Both the position numbers and the translations under genes were made by a program. From the NCBI GenBank assembly GCA_046713235.1, contig JBKKBZ010000116.1, forward strand, positions 2,742 to 66,741: a DNA stretch of 64,000 nt, written 5' to 3'. The DNA is from Actinomycetota bacterium (lineage in GTDB: Bacteria > Actinomycetota > AC-67). This document shows positions 46,366-55,505 of the stretch, in pieces. The notes below the pieces were generated by a model that searched no databases, was not told where the DNA came from, and saw nothing but the letters and a program-made list of their open reading frames with translations. Position 1 is the first letter of the stretch, and every line of letters begins with the position of its first letter.

Positions 46366-47948
46366 GTGCCGGAATCCTCTCTCGCTGTTCCGATCGGAGT
46401 GGCCCGCTCGATCTCCCACAGCGAAGCGTTCTCATTATAGGAAAGTCGAACGCGCTGGCCGGCCGCTCGGACGACGAATACGCGGCGCCGCACTCCATCG
46501 CGTTCCTCCAAGGCCCGCCACACGACGTCCTCGATCGGTATCTCGCGATCGCCCAGGAGGATGGCTCGCGGAGCCTCGTCGGCGCGCGACCCGGAATATG
46601 AGCGCACATTCACGAGCTCCCCTGCGGAGAAGGGGGACGCAATCGTTTCCTTTCGGGTAGCGGCAGGCTTGCGGTGTCCCCAGCGTCGCTCGAGCTTCCA
46701 TTCCCACACCGCGAATCCTCCTGCGCAGAGCAGGAACGCAAGCGCGATAGCCCCCACTGCCGCTCGTGTACCGGCGCCCAACCCGTATGCTGCCGCGATG
46801 ATCGCGATCCCGACTACCCGGGCGATATTGAACAGCACGTCGTAGACTGCGAAGGCTCGTCCCCGGACGTCATCGGCCATCTCCTGCTGGACGATCGTAT
46901 CCACGGGGATCTTGGCGAACGCATAGGCGACGCCGACGACACCGGCTCCGGCGACGAGAGTGACCCGGTTGAGGCTTACCACGCCGAGCGAAGCGCCGGC
47001 TGCGGCGATGAGAAGAGCCGCGGGAATCAGGATGTCGTGGCGCAGCCGTCGCCCCACAACGGGGACCAGGATGACTCCTGCGCCGATTCCGATCGCGAGG
47101 ACGGCGAGCAGACCGAAAGCGGACCCCTCGTCGAGCCGAAGCTCGGCGATAAAGTAGTGAACGATCACGCCAATCATCGCCCCGACCAGCACCTGCAAGA
47201 TCCCCACGGCCGTCAGACCGAAAACGACCCTGTGGTCGGCGCGAACACGGCGCAGGCCCTCCACCATCTCGTCGGTAACTTCCCGAAGCTCATCGCGCAC
47301 GGGGGCACGTCGTGGCGTGAACCCGCGATGAACCGGCACGAGCCGTGCGACCATTGCGCTGATGGCGAATGCGACCGCGGCGAGAAGCGAGGTCCGAATT
47401 CCCCCGATTACTGCCGAGACGGCGGAGCCGATGGCCTGGCCGGAGACGTTGGCAACTGCGCCGCCGGTGGTGGCGGCCGAGTTGGCTACGAGAAGGTCAT
47501 CCTCCGGGACAAGTTGCGGCAATGCTGCCGACATCGTCGCCAGGAAGAAGCGATTCGCGGAAAGCACGACCAGAACCACGGCGTAAAACGGGATGCTTCC
47601 GGTTCCGGCGACGGCGGCGGCCGCGGGAAGAAGCGCTGCGACCGCCGCGCGCAACAGCGGCACTCTGGTGAGGATCTTTCGGCGCTCCCACCGATCGATG
47701 AAGACGCCGACGAAAGGGCCGATCACGCTGAAGGGCACCAGGGTCACTGCGCTGATGACCAGCAGATCGACGACGGGGTTGGGACTCGCACGCTCGAAGA
47801 GCAGCACGGCGGCCGCCGAGAATTGGAATAGGCCGTCCCCGAACTGGGAGACGAGTCGTGCGGAAAAAAACCGTCGGAAGCCCGCACCGGCGAAGATCTC
47901 GCGGAGGCGCTCCAGCGTGCCGACGGCGTCCTGAGTGCCGCTCGACAC
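46362..47948 (-). CDS. MFS transporter fused to a C-terminal about 110-aa soluble domain
   Basis: Start set at GTG 47948, preceded by AGGAGGG. 12 TM segments plus a C-terminal cytosolic extension. Confidence 0.65.
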   Translation of the reverse strand: MSSGTQDAVGTLERLREIFAGAGFRRFFSARLVSQFGDGLFQFSAAAVLLFERASPNPVVDLLVISAVTLVPFSVIGPFVGVFIDRWERRKILTRVPLLRAAVAALLPAAAAVAGTGSIPFYAVVLVVLSANRFFLATMSAALPQLVPEDDLLVANSAATTGGAVANVSGQAIGSAVSAVIGGIRTSLLAAVAFAISAMVARLVPVHRGFTPRRAPVRDELREVTDEMVEGLRRVRADHRVVFGLTAVGILQVLVGAMIGVIVHYFIAELRLDEGSAFGLLAVLAIGIGAGVILVPVVGRRLRHDILIPAALLIAAAGASLGVVSLNRVTLVAGAGVVGVAYAFAKIPVDTIVQQEMADDVRGRAFAVYDVLFNIARVVGIAIIAAAYGLGAGTRAAVGAIALAFLLCAGGFAVWEWKLERRWGHRKPAATRKETIASPFSAGELVNVRSYSGSRADEAPRAILLGDREIPIEDVVWRALEERDGVRRRVFVVRAAGQRVRLSYNENASLWEIERATPIGTAREDSGT

Positions 47949-48009
47949 GGTGGTCAACCCTCCTGGTGGAGGATCCTGCCGGCCGCACCCACCGGCACCA
48001 TCTCGGCGA

Positions 48010-49179
48010 TTAGCGGAGGTCGGACGGAGCCAGCAGCGGTTCGCGCGTGCCGTTGGACGGTGCGAGTCCGTTGGGATGAGCGCCGTTTCCGGAGACCGGC
48101 GTGCCGACGATGAACTCCTCGACCAGCTTTCTTGCAACCTCGTCCGGGTACTGGGCGGGCGGGGACTTCATGAAGTACGAACTCGGCCCGACGAGCGGAC
48201 CGCCGATCCCCCGGTCGAGGGCGACCTTCGCGCACCTCACGGCGTCCACGACGATCCCCGCGGAGTTCGGCGAGTCCCACACCTCGAGCTTGAGGTCCAC
48301 CGTCAGTGGGACGTTTCCGAACTCTCGTCCCTCGAGCCGGATGTGCGCCCATTTGCGATCGCTCAACCAAGGAACGTGGTCGGACGGCCCGATGTGCACG
48401 TCGTCCTTACCGAGGCTCCGGCGCATGTTCGATGTGACGGCTTGCGTCTTGGAGATCTTCTTCGACTGGAGGCGCTCGCGCTCCAGCATGTTCATGAAGT
48501 CCATGTTGCCGCCGAAGTTCAGCTGGTACGTGTGGTCGAGATGCACGCCCCGGTCTTCAAAAAGCTTCGCGAGCACGCGATGCACGATCGTCGATCCCAG
48601 TTGACTCTTGATGTCGTCGCCGATGATCGGCAGGCCGGCGGTGCGGAATCGTGTCGCCCATTCCTCGCGCGATGCGATGAAGACGGGGATGCAGTTTACG
48701 AACGCAACGCCGGCTTCCAGGGCTGCCTCGGCGTAGAAGCGCGTCGCCATCTCGCTGCCGACGGGAAGGTACGAGACCAGGACGTCGGTGCCGGACTCGC
48801 GCAGCGCCGCGGCGACGTCGACCGGGTCCGACGGTGCTTCCTCCACCATCTCGCGGTAGAACTGACCGAGCCCGTCGAGAGTGTGTCCGCGAAGAACCTC
48901 GATGCCGACCGGCGGGACATCGGCGAATTGGATCGTGTTGTTCGGTGGCGCAACGATCGCCTCGGCGAGATCCCGGCCGACCTTCTTGGCGTCCACATCG
49001 AAAGCGGCGACGAACTCGATGTCGCCGACATGGTAACGGCCGAGTGAAACGTGCATGAGACCCGGAACATCGTCATCGGGCTGCGCCCCGGCGTAAAAAT
49101 GCACGCCTTGCACGAGCGACGAGGCGCAATTGCCGACACCGGCGATTGCGACCCGGACTTTCTTTGCCTCAATGCTCAT
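48010..49179 (-). CDS. ino1: myo-Inositol-1-phosphate synthase
   Basis: 389 aa. Motifs [16 protein letters not shown] and [12 protein letters not shown]. Confidence 0.9.
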   Translation of the reverse strand: MSIEAKKVRVAIAGVGNCASSLVQGVHFYAGAQPDDDVPGLMHVSLGRYHVGDIEFVAAFDVDAKKVGRDLAEAIVAPPNNTIQFADVPPVGIEVLRGHTLDGLGQFYREMVEEAPSDPVDVAAALRESGTDVLVSYLPVGSEMATRFYAEAALEAGVAFVNCIPVFIASREEWATRFRTAGLPIIGDDIKSQLGSTIVHRVLAKLFEDRGVHLDHTYQLNFGGNMDFMNMLERERLQSKKISKTQAVTSNMRRSLGKDDVHIGPSDHVPWLSDRKWAHIRLEGREFGNVPLTVDLKLEVWDSPNSAGIVVDAVRCAKVALDRGIGGPLVGPSSYFMKSPPAQYPDEVARKLVEEFIVGTPVSGNGAHPNGLAPSNGTREPLLAPSDLR

Positions 49180-49205
49180 CTACGTCCTCCTAATCGGTCC
49201 CGCGC

Positions 49206-49778
49206 TCAACCCATACCTTCGACGGGGCGTGCGGGCTGGGGCGGCGGGGTGCCGTTTCCGCTGGTTCCGTTCCGCTCGGCCTCGAGCATGCCGTCGAGCC
49301 AGCGAATGTCGTGCTCCGCTTCATCGACGCCGTACCGCATCAACTCGAGCGAGTAGGCGTCCATCTTGTCGCGCAGCCGCTTCAGGCTCGCCGCCATCTT
49401 CGTGAGACGGTCCTGCAAGTAGCCGCGCCGTCGTTCCAACAGTCTCCGTCGAGACTCCGGCCGCATGTAGCGGCTGAAAGCAAGGCGAAGCATGAACGCA
49501 TCGCGGTCGCTCACCTCTGGGGAGGCGGCCTCGAGCTGGTCGGTAAAGAGCTGCTCACCCTTCGCTGTGATGCGGTAGACATTCTTGCGGCGCGGGGTTT
49601 CCCCGGCCGGGGTTTCGAATTCCACGGCCTGGTCTCGAGCCAGACGCTTGAGAGTCGGATACAGCGACCCGTAGGAGAAGCGCCAGAAGTGCCCCAACTG
49701 CTCGTCGAGGTTTTTCTTGAGCTCGTAGCCGTGCATGGTCTTCTCCTTGAGAAGCCCCAACACTGCAAGCTCGAGCAT
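49206..49778 (-). CDS. PadR-family transcriptional regulator
   Basis: Start at MLELAVLGLL. wHTH signature LKEKTMHGYEL...SYGSLYPTLKRL. Immediately upstream of ino1, as in Mycobacterium. Confidence 0.8.
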   Translation of the reverse strand: MLELAVLGLLKEKTMHGYELKKNLDEQLGHFWRFSYGSLYPTLKRLARDQAVEFETPAGETPRRKNVYRITAKGEQLFTDQLEAASPEVSDRDAFMLRLAFSRYMRPESRRRLLERRRGYLQDRLTKMAASLKRLRDKMDAYSLELMRYGVDEAEHDIRWLDGMLEAERNGTSGNGTPPPQPARPVEGMG

Positions 49779-49813
49779 TTGCGCTATCCTCCAGATCGCC
49801 ACGATCGGGCCGC

Positions 49814-49881
49814 CACGATATCTCGGAACGATATATCGACGCGATATATCGACGCGATATATCGAGTCGATATATTGTCGG
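49814..49881. repeat. Tandem array of a 13-bp palindromic unit (CGATATATCGACG), about 5 copies
   Basis: Three near-perfect units at 49830-49868 flanked by degenerate copies. Located in the padR/DUF5318 divergent intergenic region. Confidence 0.7.
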
Positions 49882-49958
49882 GGCTGCACCCTCGCCTGTC
49901 AAACACCACGGTCGGTGACCGAATTGCGTCCCTTGGGGTGCTTGCAGCCGGGCGTACA

Positions 49959-50333
49959 ATGCGTTCCACCATGGCAGCAGCGATCGACTACCGGATGGCG
50001 AAGCGAGCCATCCTGCGCCAGCTCCGCTACGGGCTTCTGTCCAGGCTAGATGTGTGCGACGCGCACCCCGAGCTTCTGCGCGCCGCCCGCCACATCGGGG
50101 TCGAGACCTCGGACGTGTGCCCGGTTTGTGAGAGGGAGTCTCTCCGCCTCGTCGTCTACACCTACGGCAAGGCACTGAAGCGAGGCAGCGGCCGCGTGCG
50201 CCGTCTCCAAGATCTTCACGAGTTGCGCCGCGAGGTCGACGAGTTCATCTGCTACGTGGTCGAGGTGTGCACCCGGTGCCAGTGGAACCATCTGGTGCGG
50301 TCCTACCTCACCGGACGCCGGCACGCCGTCTAG
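49959..50333 (+). CDS. DUF5318-like conserved hypothetical (Rv0049-like)
   Basis: MRSTMAAAIDYRMAKRAILRQL...CPVCERESLRLVVYTYG...CTRCQWNH shows a 4-Cys pattern. Confidence 0.5.
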   Translation: MRSTMAAAIDYRMAKRAILRQLRYGLLSRLDVCDAHPELLRAARHIGVETSDVCPVCERESLRLVVYTYGKALKRGSGRVRRLQDLHELRREVDEFICYVVEVCTRCQWNHLVRSYLTGRRHAV

Positions 50334-50419
50334 TACCGCTTTGTCCGGGCTTACCGCCCCCTCCTCCGCTTGGATGTCGGTTGTCCTGGGTAGCCTCGTC
50401 GCAGGAGGGAGTTTCAATC

Positions 50420-52516
50420 GTGAAGACACGACCACGGGCTCGGGCCTCACGCACCCCAATGAAGGGCCGCCGCGGACGCTCGCGCTTCGGTCTCGACGCG
50501 GCTCGGGTGAAGCGGTGGCTGATCTTCGCCGTCCCAGGGTCGCTCGTGCTTGTGTTGTTGCTGCTCGGCCTGGCGTACGCACTTGCCCGCGTGCCGGAGA
50601 CGTCCGACTTCGCGACGAGCCAATCGACGATCATCACCGACCGCTACAACCAGCCTTTCGCGCGGTTTCACGCTGAAGTCGATCGCTCGGACGTTCCGTT
50701 TGAGGAGATGCCGAAGTACCTGCGGGACGCGGTCATCGTTGTGGAAGACCGAACGTTCTACCGGCATGGCGGGGTCTCGGTCTCGTCCGTAATCCGAGCC
50801 GCATTCACGAACCTGGTTAACAGGGACGTGGTGCAAGGGGGGAGCACGATCACGCAGCAATACGTTAAGAACGCCTATGTCGGCCGGGAACGCACGTACT
50901 GGCGCAAGATCAAAGAGGTCATCGTTGCCATGAAGCTGGAGCGCTCGGCGTCGAAAGACGAGATCTTCGAGCAGTATCTGAACACTGTGTATTTCGGCGG
51001 GGGAGCATACGGTGTCGAGGCCGCCGCCAGAACCCATTTCGGCCGACCGGCAAAGGCGTTGTCGCTGTCGCAAGCCGCATTTCTGGCCGGAGCGATTCAC
51101 GCGCCACAGCGATACGCCGAGGATCCGGAACGCGCCCGGGAAAGACGCAACGCCGTGCTCGACACCATGGTCGACCTCGCCAAGATCTCGTCGAAGGATG
51201 CCGAGGCGGCGAAGGGGGAGACCCTGAGCTTCGTCCGGCGCCCACCCAACTTTGACACCTCGGTAGGGATCTATTTCGTCGAGGACGTGCGCAAGCAACT
51301 CATCGACGAGTTCGGGGAGAACAGGGTGTTTCGCGGAGGTCTTCGGGTGAGGACGACGCTCGATTTCAAGATGCAGCTGGCCGCCGAGGAGGCGGTGCGC
51401 AAGACACTCGATCGCCCCGACGACCCCGAGGCGGCCCTGGTCGCGGTCGAGCCGCAAACGGGGGCAGTGCGTGCGCTGGTCGGAGGTCGCGACTTCGCGC
51501 GCCAAAAGATGAACCTCGCGACTCAGGGCCGCGGCAGGCAACCGGGAAGTGCGTTCAAGCCGTTCATCCTCGCGGCGGCGCTCGATGAGGGGACGTCGAT
51601 TAAATCGACTTTCCGGGCGCCGTTTTCCATCGTGCTGAAAACCGGGTTCGAGCCGTGGGACGTGTCGAACTACGACGAGCGCGACTACGGAACCCTCGAT
51701 CTTCTCGACGCCACCGCTTTCAGCGTTAACACCGTCTACGCGCAGCTCATTCTCGAGGTCGGGCCACGCGCAGCTGCGCAGGCTGCCCAGCGCGCCGGGA
51801 TCACCAGCCCGATGTCGGCAGTGCCCTCACTTGCCCTGGGGACGAAAGAGGTGAAGCCGATCGAGCTCGCCGGCGCGTACGCGACGTTCGCCAACCGCGG
51901 CCTGCATCTTGCGCCGCACCTGATCGAGCGCGTGGTCGCCCCCGACGGAGAGGTCCTCTTCGAGGCTGAGATCGAGCCGGTGCGGGCTTTCGAAGAGAGG
52001 GTTGCGAACACCGTCAACTACGCGCTGCGCAACGTGATCGAAAGGGGCACGGGTCGCAGTGCCGCGTTCGGCCGGCCGGCAGCCGGAAAGACGGGTACGA
52101 CCGAGTTCCACGTCGACGCCTGGTTCGCGGGGTACACGCCCGAGCTTGCCGCCGCGGTGTGGATGGGGTACCCGCAGGGTGGGAAACGTATGGAGAACGT
52201 GCGCGGGGCCGCCGTGGTGGGAGGGTCGTTCCCCGCGCAGATCTGGCGCGCGTTCATGTCGGCGGTGCACAACGGAAAGCCGATCACCGATTTTGGCAAG
52301 CCGGATCTCGGCGGGGCGGTGGCATCATCGACGCCGTCGGTGGCGCCGTCACCGAGCCCGAGTGCGACCACTATTCCTCCCTCGTCGTTCTCGCCGGCAC
52401 CCTCGCTCCCGCCGAAGAAGACGAAGCCGCCGTCGCCCGGACCCTCCCCCACGTCCTCGCAGAGTTCCTCGCCGACGCCGACGCCGACGCCGGCGCCGGC
52501 ACCCGGTCCCACCTAG
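50420..52516 (+). CDS. ponA: Class A penicillin-binding protein (GT51 transglycosylase + transpeptidase), PonA1-like
   Basis: GTG start after GGAGGGA. GT51 motifs EDRTFYRHGGV and GGSTITQQ, transpeptidase SxxK (GSAFKP) and KTG (GKTGT). Pro/Ser/Thr-rich C-terminal tail. Confidence 0.85.
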   Translation: MKTRPRARASRTPMKGRRGRSRFGLDAARVKRWLIFAVPGSLVLVLLLLGLAYALARVPETSDFATSQSTIITDRYNQPFARFHAEVDRSDVPFEEMPKYLRDAVIVVEDRTFYRHGGVSVSSVIRAAFTNLVNRDVVQGGSTITQQYVKNAYVGRERTYWRKIKEVIVAMKLERSASKDEIFEQYLNTVYFGGGAYGVEAAARTHFGRPAKALSLSQAAFLAGAIHAPQRYAEDPERARERRNAVLDTMVDLAKISSKDAEAAKGETLSFVRRPPNFDTSVGIYFVEDVRKQLIDEFGENRVFRGGLRVRTTLDFKMQLAAEEAVRKTLDRPDDPEAALVAVEPQTGAVRALVGGRDFARQKMNLATQGRGRQPGSAFKPFILAAALDEGTSIKSTFRAPFSIVLKTGFEPWDVSNYDERDYGTLDLLDATAFSVNTVYAQLILEVGPRAAAQAAQRAGITSPMSAVPSLALGTKEVKPIELAGAYATFANRGLHLAPHLIERVVAPDGEVLFEAEIEPVRAFEERVANTVNYALRNVIERGTGRSAAFGRPAAGKTGTTEFHVDAWFAGYTPELAAAVWMGYPQGGKRMENVRGAAVVGGSFPAQIWRAFMSAVHNGKPITDFGKPDLGGAVASSTPSVAPSPSPSATTIPPSSFSPAPSLPPKKTKPPSPGPSPTSSQSSSPTPTPTPAPAPGPT

Positions 52517-52566
52517 CGCGCGTCGGTTGATACCGCGGCTGCGGGGAAGAGACCGTGGCGGGTCGG

Positions 52567-54216
52567 TCAGTCCAGCGCGAAGATCAGCAGCCGGCCGGAT
52601 CGACGTTTGCGCATGCCGTCCGGGAGCGGCCGGCCGGCGACGTTGTGCAAGCGCGTTCCCGGCACGAGATCAAGGTGCACGATCACCACGTCGACGCCGT
52701 AGGCGCGCAGGGCGCGCACGGAACGCTCGTCGGGGAAATCGCCGATCTGTGCGGCGAGTCGTTCGAGCCTCGGCGGAGAAAACCCCGAGTAACCGTTTGC
52801 CATCGCCGGGAAGGCCTGCGTCGTCCAGAGCATGTAGAGCCCCTGGCTCGGGTCCCCGACGTTCAGTGGTAGGTGAAGTTGCAGACGGCCGGAGACCGTC
52901 TCGATCCCCGGCGGCGGCTCGGGTACCGCTGCCGTTGGGATAGGCGCGCCGAGCCCTTCGATCGAGACCGCGAGCCCCAAGACGAGGAGCGAGTAACGGT
53001 GGTGGCCGGCGATCCGCTCGGCTCCGGCGGCCGCAAGGAGCCCAAGAGGTAGCGCCGCGAGTGCCATCAGCCGGCCCGGAGTCCGTGAGGAGTCGAAACC
53101 AGGCGCGAACTCGAGCAAGGCGCGGTAGGGATAGAAGCGCCCCGGACCCTCGACGTGCGCGCCCAAGGCGAGGGCTACGAGAGTGATCGATGCGGCGGCG
53201 AGTGCGAGCCTCCGTCGCTTGCCCCACGCTCCCCAGGTGGCGCCGACGAAGGCGAGAATCGGGACGACGAGGCCGGGGAATACGGCGTGCTCGGGCGGAT
53301 AGCTCACCCGATCGCGAAACGGCCGGGTAACTCCGGCCCAGGTTCGCGACTGCTCGGTGGCGGCGAGAAGCCCGGCGACGGGCGGTGAGAAAAGTGACAC
53401 GTCCCCGAGGCCGCGCCGGGACTCCGGATGGCGATCGGCTACGCGCAGATACGGCCGCGCCATCACGGCGGCGGCGAGGAGGAACACGGTGATCCCTGCG
53501 ACGCTGGCGGTCAGGATGGCCGCCGGCGGACGTTCTCGCCTTTTGATCAGCATGACGGAGTACCCCAGCGCAACGGCTGCCAGTCCGTAGCTGAAGGGGA
53601 CGCCGATCGTCCAGGAGATGGTCACCTGCCACGCCGCAACCAGCCAGCCGCTAATGATCGTTCCGGGACGGCGTCTCCGGTACCCGCGAACGAGGAGGAA
53701 GAACGCGAGCGCCGCCGGGCCGCTCCACAGGACGTGAAGGTGTCCGCCTTGGCTCAGGCGGAAGGGCGCATACGCAAACGCTATACCTGCGACGGCGGCC
53801 GCTCCCGGTCGGGCGCCGAGTTCGCGCGCAAGAAGATACGCGCCCAGCAATGCCACGACGTATGCGCCGATCCAAAGCAGCCCGTGGCGAATCAGCGCAG
53901 ACCGCATTCCTCGCCCGCCGATGTTGAAGGGCGCCAGACCGAGAAGAGAGTCGGTGAATGCCAGCGTGTCGCGCTCGGGTCGAAAGATGTTTGCCTGGAA
54001 GGTCCGCGCTTCGGAGCGCAGGGCGTGGCCGCCCCAGGCGGTCTGCCACGTCGTGAGCACGGGGTCGCCGAGGTCGTACGGCACGTGTGTGGCAAGTCGT
54101 GCCGGAAGGGGCCACGACATCGCGAGTGCGAGGATCCAGGCCGCGACGACGACGACGACGACCTCCCGCCGGGTTACGCTTGTCTGGTCATCGTGTTCGG
54201 ACGCGAGACTGTTCAC
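52567..54216 (-). CDS. Large polytopic membrane protein, possible GT-C-fold glycosyltransferase
   Basis: Start set at GTG 54216 overlapping the upstream gene stop (GTGA). The ORF-track 871-aa call includes about 320 aa of a non-coding-looking Arg-rich frame upstream. More than 10 TM segments plus a C-terminal extracytoplasmic domain. Confidence 0.45.
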   Translation of the reverse strand: MNSLASEHDDQTSVTRREVVVVVVAAWILALAMSWPLPARLATHVPYDLGDPVLTTWQTAWGGHALRSEARTFQANIFRPERDTLAFTDSLLGLAPFNIGGRGMRSALIRHGLLWIGAYVVALLGAYLLARELGARPGAAAVAGIAFAYAPFRLSQGGHLHVLWSGPAALAFFLLVRGYRRRRPGTIISGWLVAAWQVTISWTIGVPFSYGLAAVALGYSVMLIKRRERPPAAILTASVAGITVFLLAAAVMARPYLRVADRHPESRRGLGDVSLFSPPVAGLLAATEQSRTWAGVTRPFRDRVSYPPEHAVFPGLVVPILAFVGATWGAWGKRRRLALAAASITLVALALGAHVEGPGRFYPYRALLEFAPGFDSSRTPGRLMALAALPLGLLAAAGAERIAGHHRYSLLVLGLAVSIEGLGAPIPTAAVPEPPPGIETVSGRLQLHLPLNVGDPSQGLYMLWTTQAFPAMANGYSGFSPPRLERLAAQIGDFPDERSVRALRAYGVDVVIVHLDLVPGTRLHNVAGRPLPDGMRKRRSGRLLIFALD

Positions 54217-55448
54217 GCGGGCGCCTCTGCTCGGCGGGCCCGGTGCAGCGTGAGGAGAACGAGCAGGAGAACACCGAACGCCAGGAACCGAGCGAAGATC
54301 GCCGCGCTGAACCAGGTGTGGCTGAGAAGACCGGCGAACTCCGGGGACCAGAAACGCGTCACGAGAACGAACACGTCGAGAGCCTGAAAGGCGATCCAGA
54401 CGCCGACGGCTCGCCCCGTGGCCGGGAGGATCAGCGCCCACAGCGGGAGCAGCCACACACCGTACTGGGGCGACCAGACCTTGTTCACCATGAGAAACCA
54501 GGCCACGAGGATGAACATGGCGCTTGCCGTCGACCGGCGGATGCCGGGCGCCGCGTCGACATCGTCGGGGCTTCGAAGGCCAAGCCACTGCCACAGCCCC
54601 AGCAGCGCGAATCCGGCCACGAACAACAGTGCGGTGTTGCGGTTGAGCTCGAGCGTCGGGATGCCGATGTGCCACACGCGATCGATGTGGTGCCAGATCG
54701 AGTCCCAGTCGGCGCCGCGTTCGGCGTTCAATCTGAAGAACTCTCGCCAGCCACGCGGAGCCCCGACCGCGACCGGGAGGTTGACGGCGAGGATCGTGAG
54801 GCCGCTCACCACCGCCAGCATCGCCGCGGCGCGCTTCCGACCTTCTCGCAGACGTTGCAATGCCAAGAACGGTAAGGCGAACGCCGGATAAAGCTTGGCT
54901 GCGGCGCCGATGCCGAGAAGCAGGCCCGCCGTTCCGTCGCGGCCGGCTGAGAACGCCAGGAGCGCAAGACACATCGGAACCACGGCAAGCAGATCCCAGC
55001 TGATGCCGCCGAGTAACAACAGTGTGGGTGCGGCCGCAAAGTAGAGCGCGCGCCGCCATCCGACCAGACGTGCCAGCGCGGCCGCGCCGCCCACTATGAG
55101 CAGTCCGAACGCCACCTGGGTCAGCCAGAAATACGCGTTGACGTTTGCTTTGGGGGCGAGCTTGGCCATCGCGTACATCCATGCCCCGGTCAGCACGGGG
55201 TACTCCATGTAGCGGCCGTCCTCGCGAACGTCGAAGTACGGCACGACGCCCTCATGGAGTCCTTCGCTGTAGTACAGCGCGTACACGTCGGTGTAGCAGA
55301 GCCGTTCCAGCGACTCTTTGAGCTCGCCGCCGGCGCGCACGCACGGGATGCGAAAGATGAATCCCAGAACGACGAGCGCGGCAGCGGCGGCCACCGGGAT
55401 CGTGACGGACCGAGCCCGGCGTGGGTCGTCCGGCTCCGGAGAGCGCAT
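54213..55448 (-). CDS. GT87/DUF2029-family membrane glycosyltransferase (PimE-like)
   Basis: Start at MRSPEP (55448). Conserved N-terminal motif YALYYSEGLHEGVVPYFDVREDGRYMEYPVLTG. About 10 TM segments. Confidence 0.6.
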   Translation of the reverse strand: MRSPEPDDPRRARSVTIPVAAAAALVVLGFIFRIPCVRAGGELKESLERLCYTDVYALYYSEGLHEGVVPYFDVREDGRYMEYPVLTGAWMYAMAKLAPKANVNAYFWLTQVAFGLLIVGGAAALARLVGWRRALYFAAAPTLLLLGGISWDLLAVVPMCLALLAFSAGRDGTAGLLLGIGAAAKLYPAFALPFLALQRLREGRKRAAAMLAVVSGLTILAVNLPVAVGAPRGWREFFRLNAERGADWDSIWHHIDRVWHIGIPTLELNRNTALLFVAGFALLGLWQWLGLRSPDDVDAAPGIRRSTASAMFILVAWFLMVNKVWSPQYGVWLLPLWALILPATGRAVGVWIAFQALDVFVLVTRFWSPEFAGLLSHTWFSAAIFARFLAFGVLLLVLLTLHRARRAEAPA

Positions 55449-55505
55449 GACGGGAAGCGTATCCGAGAGCGCGCGCGATGCTCGGTCCCGGGGCCGTCGG
55501 ATAGC

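Noticed and set aside
45254-46609. 451-aa minus-strand ORF, extremely Arg/Gly/Pro-rich
   Set aside because: It is an alternative frame across the DUF885/MFS genes. The composition is non-protein-like and no domain was recognised.
46674-49047. Long plus-strand ORFs (385 aa and 370 aa) antisense to the MFS gene and ino1
   Set aside because: Both are shadow ORFs opposite well-supported genes, with His/Asp/Arg-rich low-complexity translation.
50653-50666. Partial parS-like sequence GTTTCACGCTGAAG inside ponA1
   Set aside because: Only one half-site matches, and it is inside coding sequence. It is not convincing without a PWM scan.
54217-55182. N-terminal 322 codons of the 871-aa ORF-track model (52567..55182)
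   Set aside because: The frame is open but reads through the GT87 gene in another frame and shows no membrane-protein character. The real start is more likely the GTG at 54216 coupled to the upstream stop.
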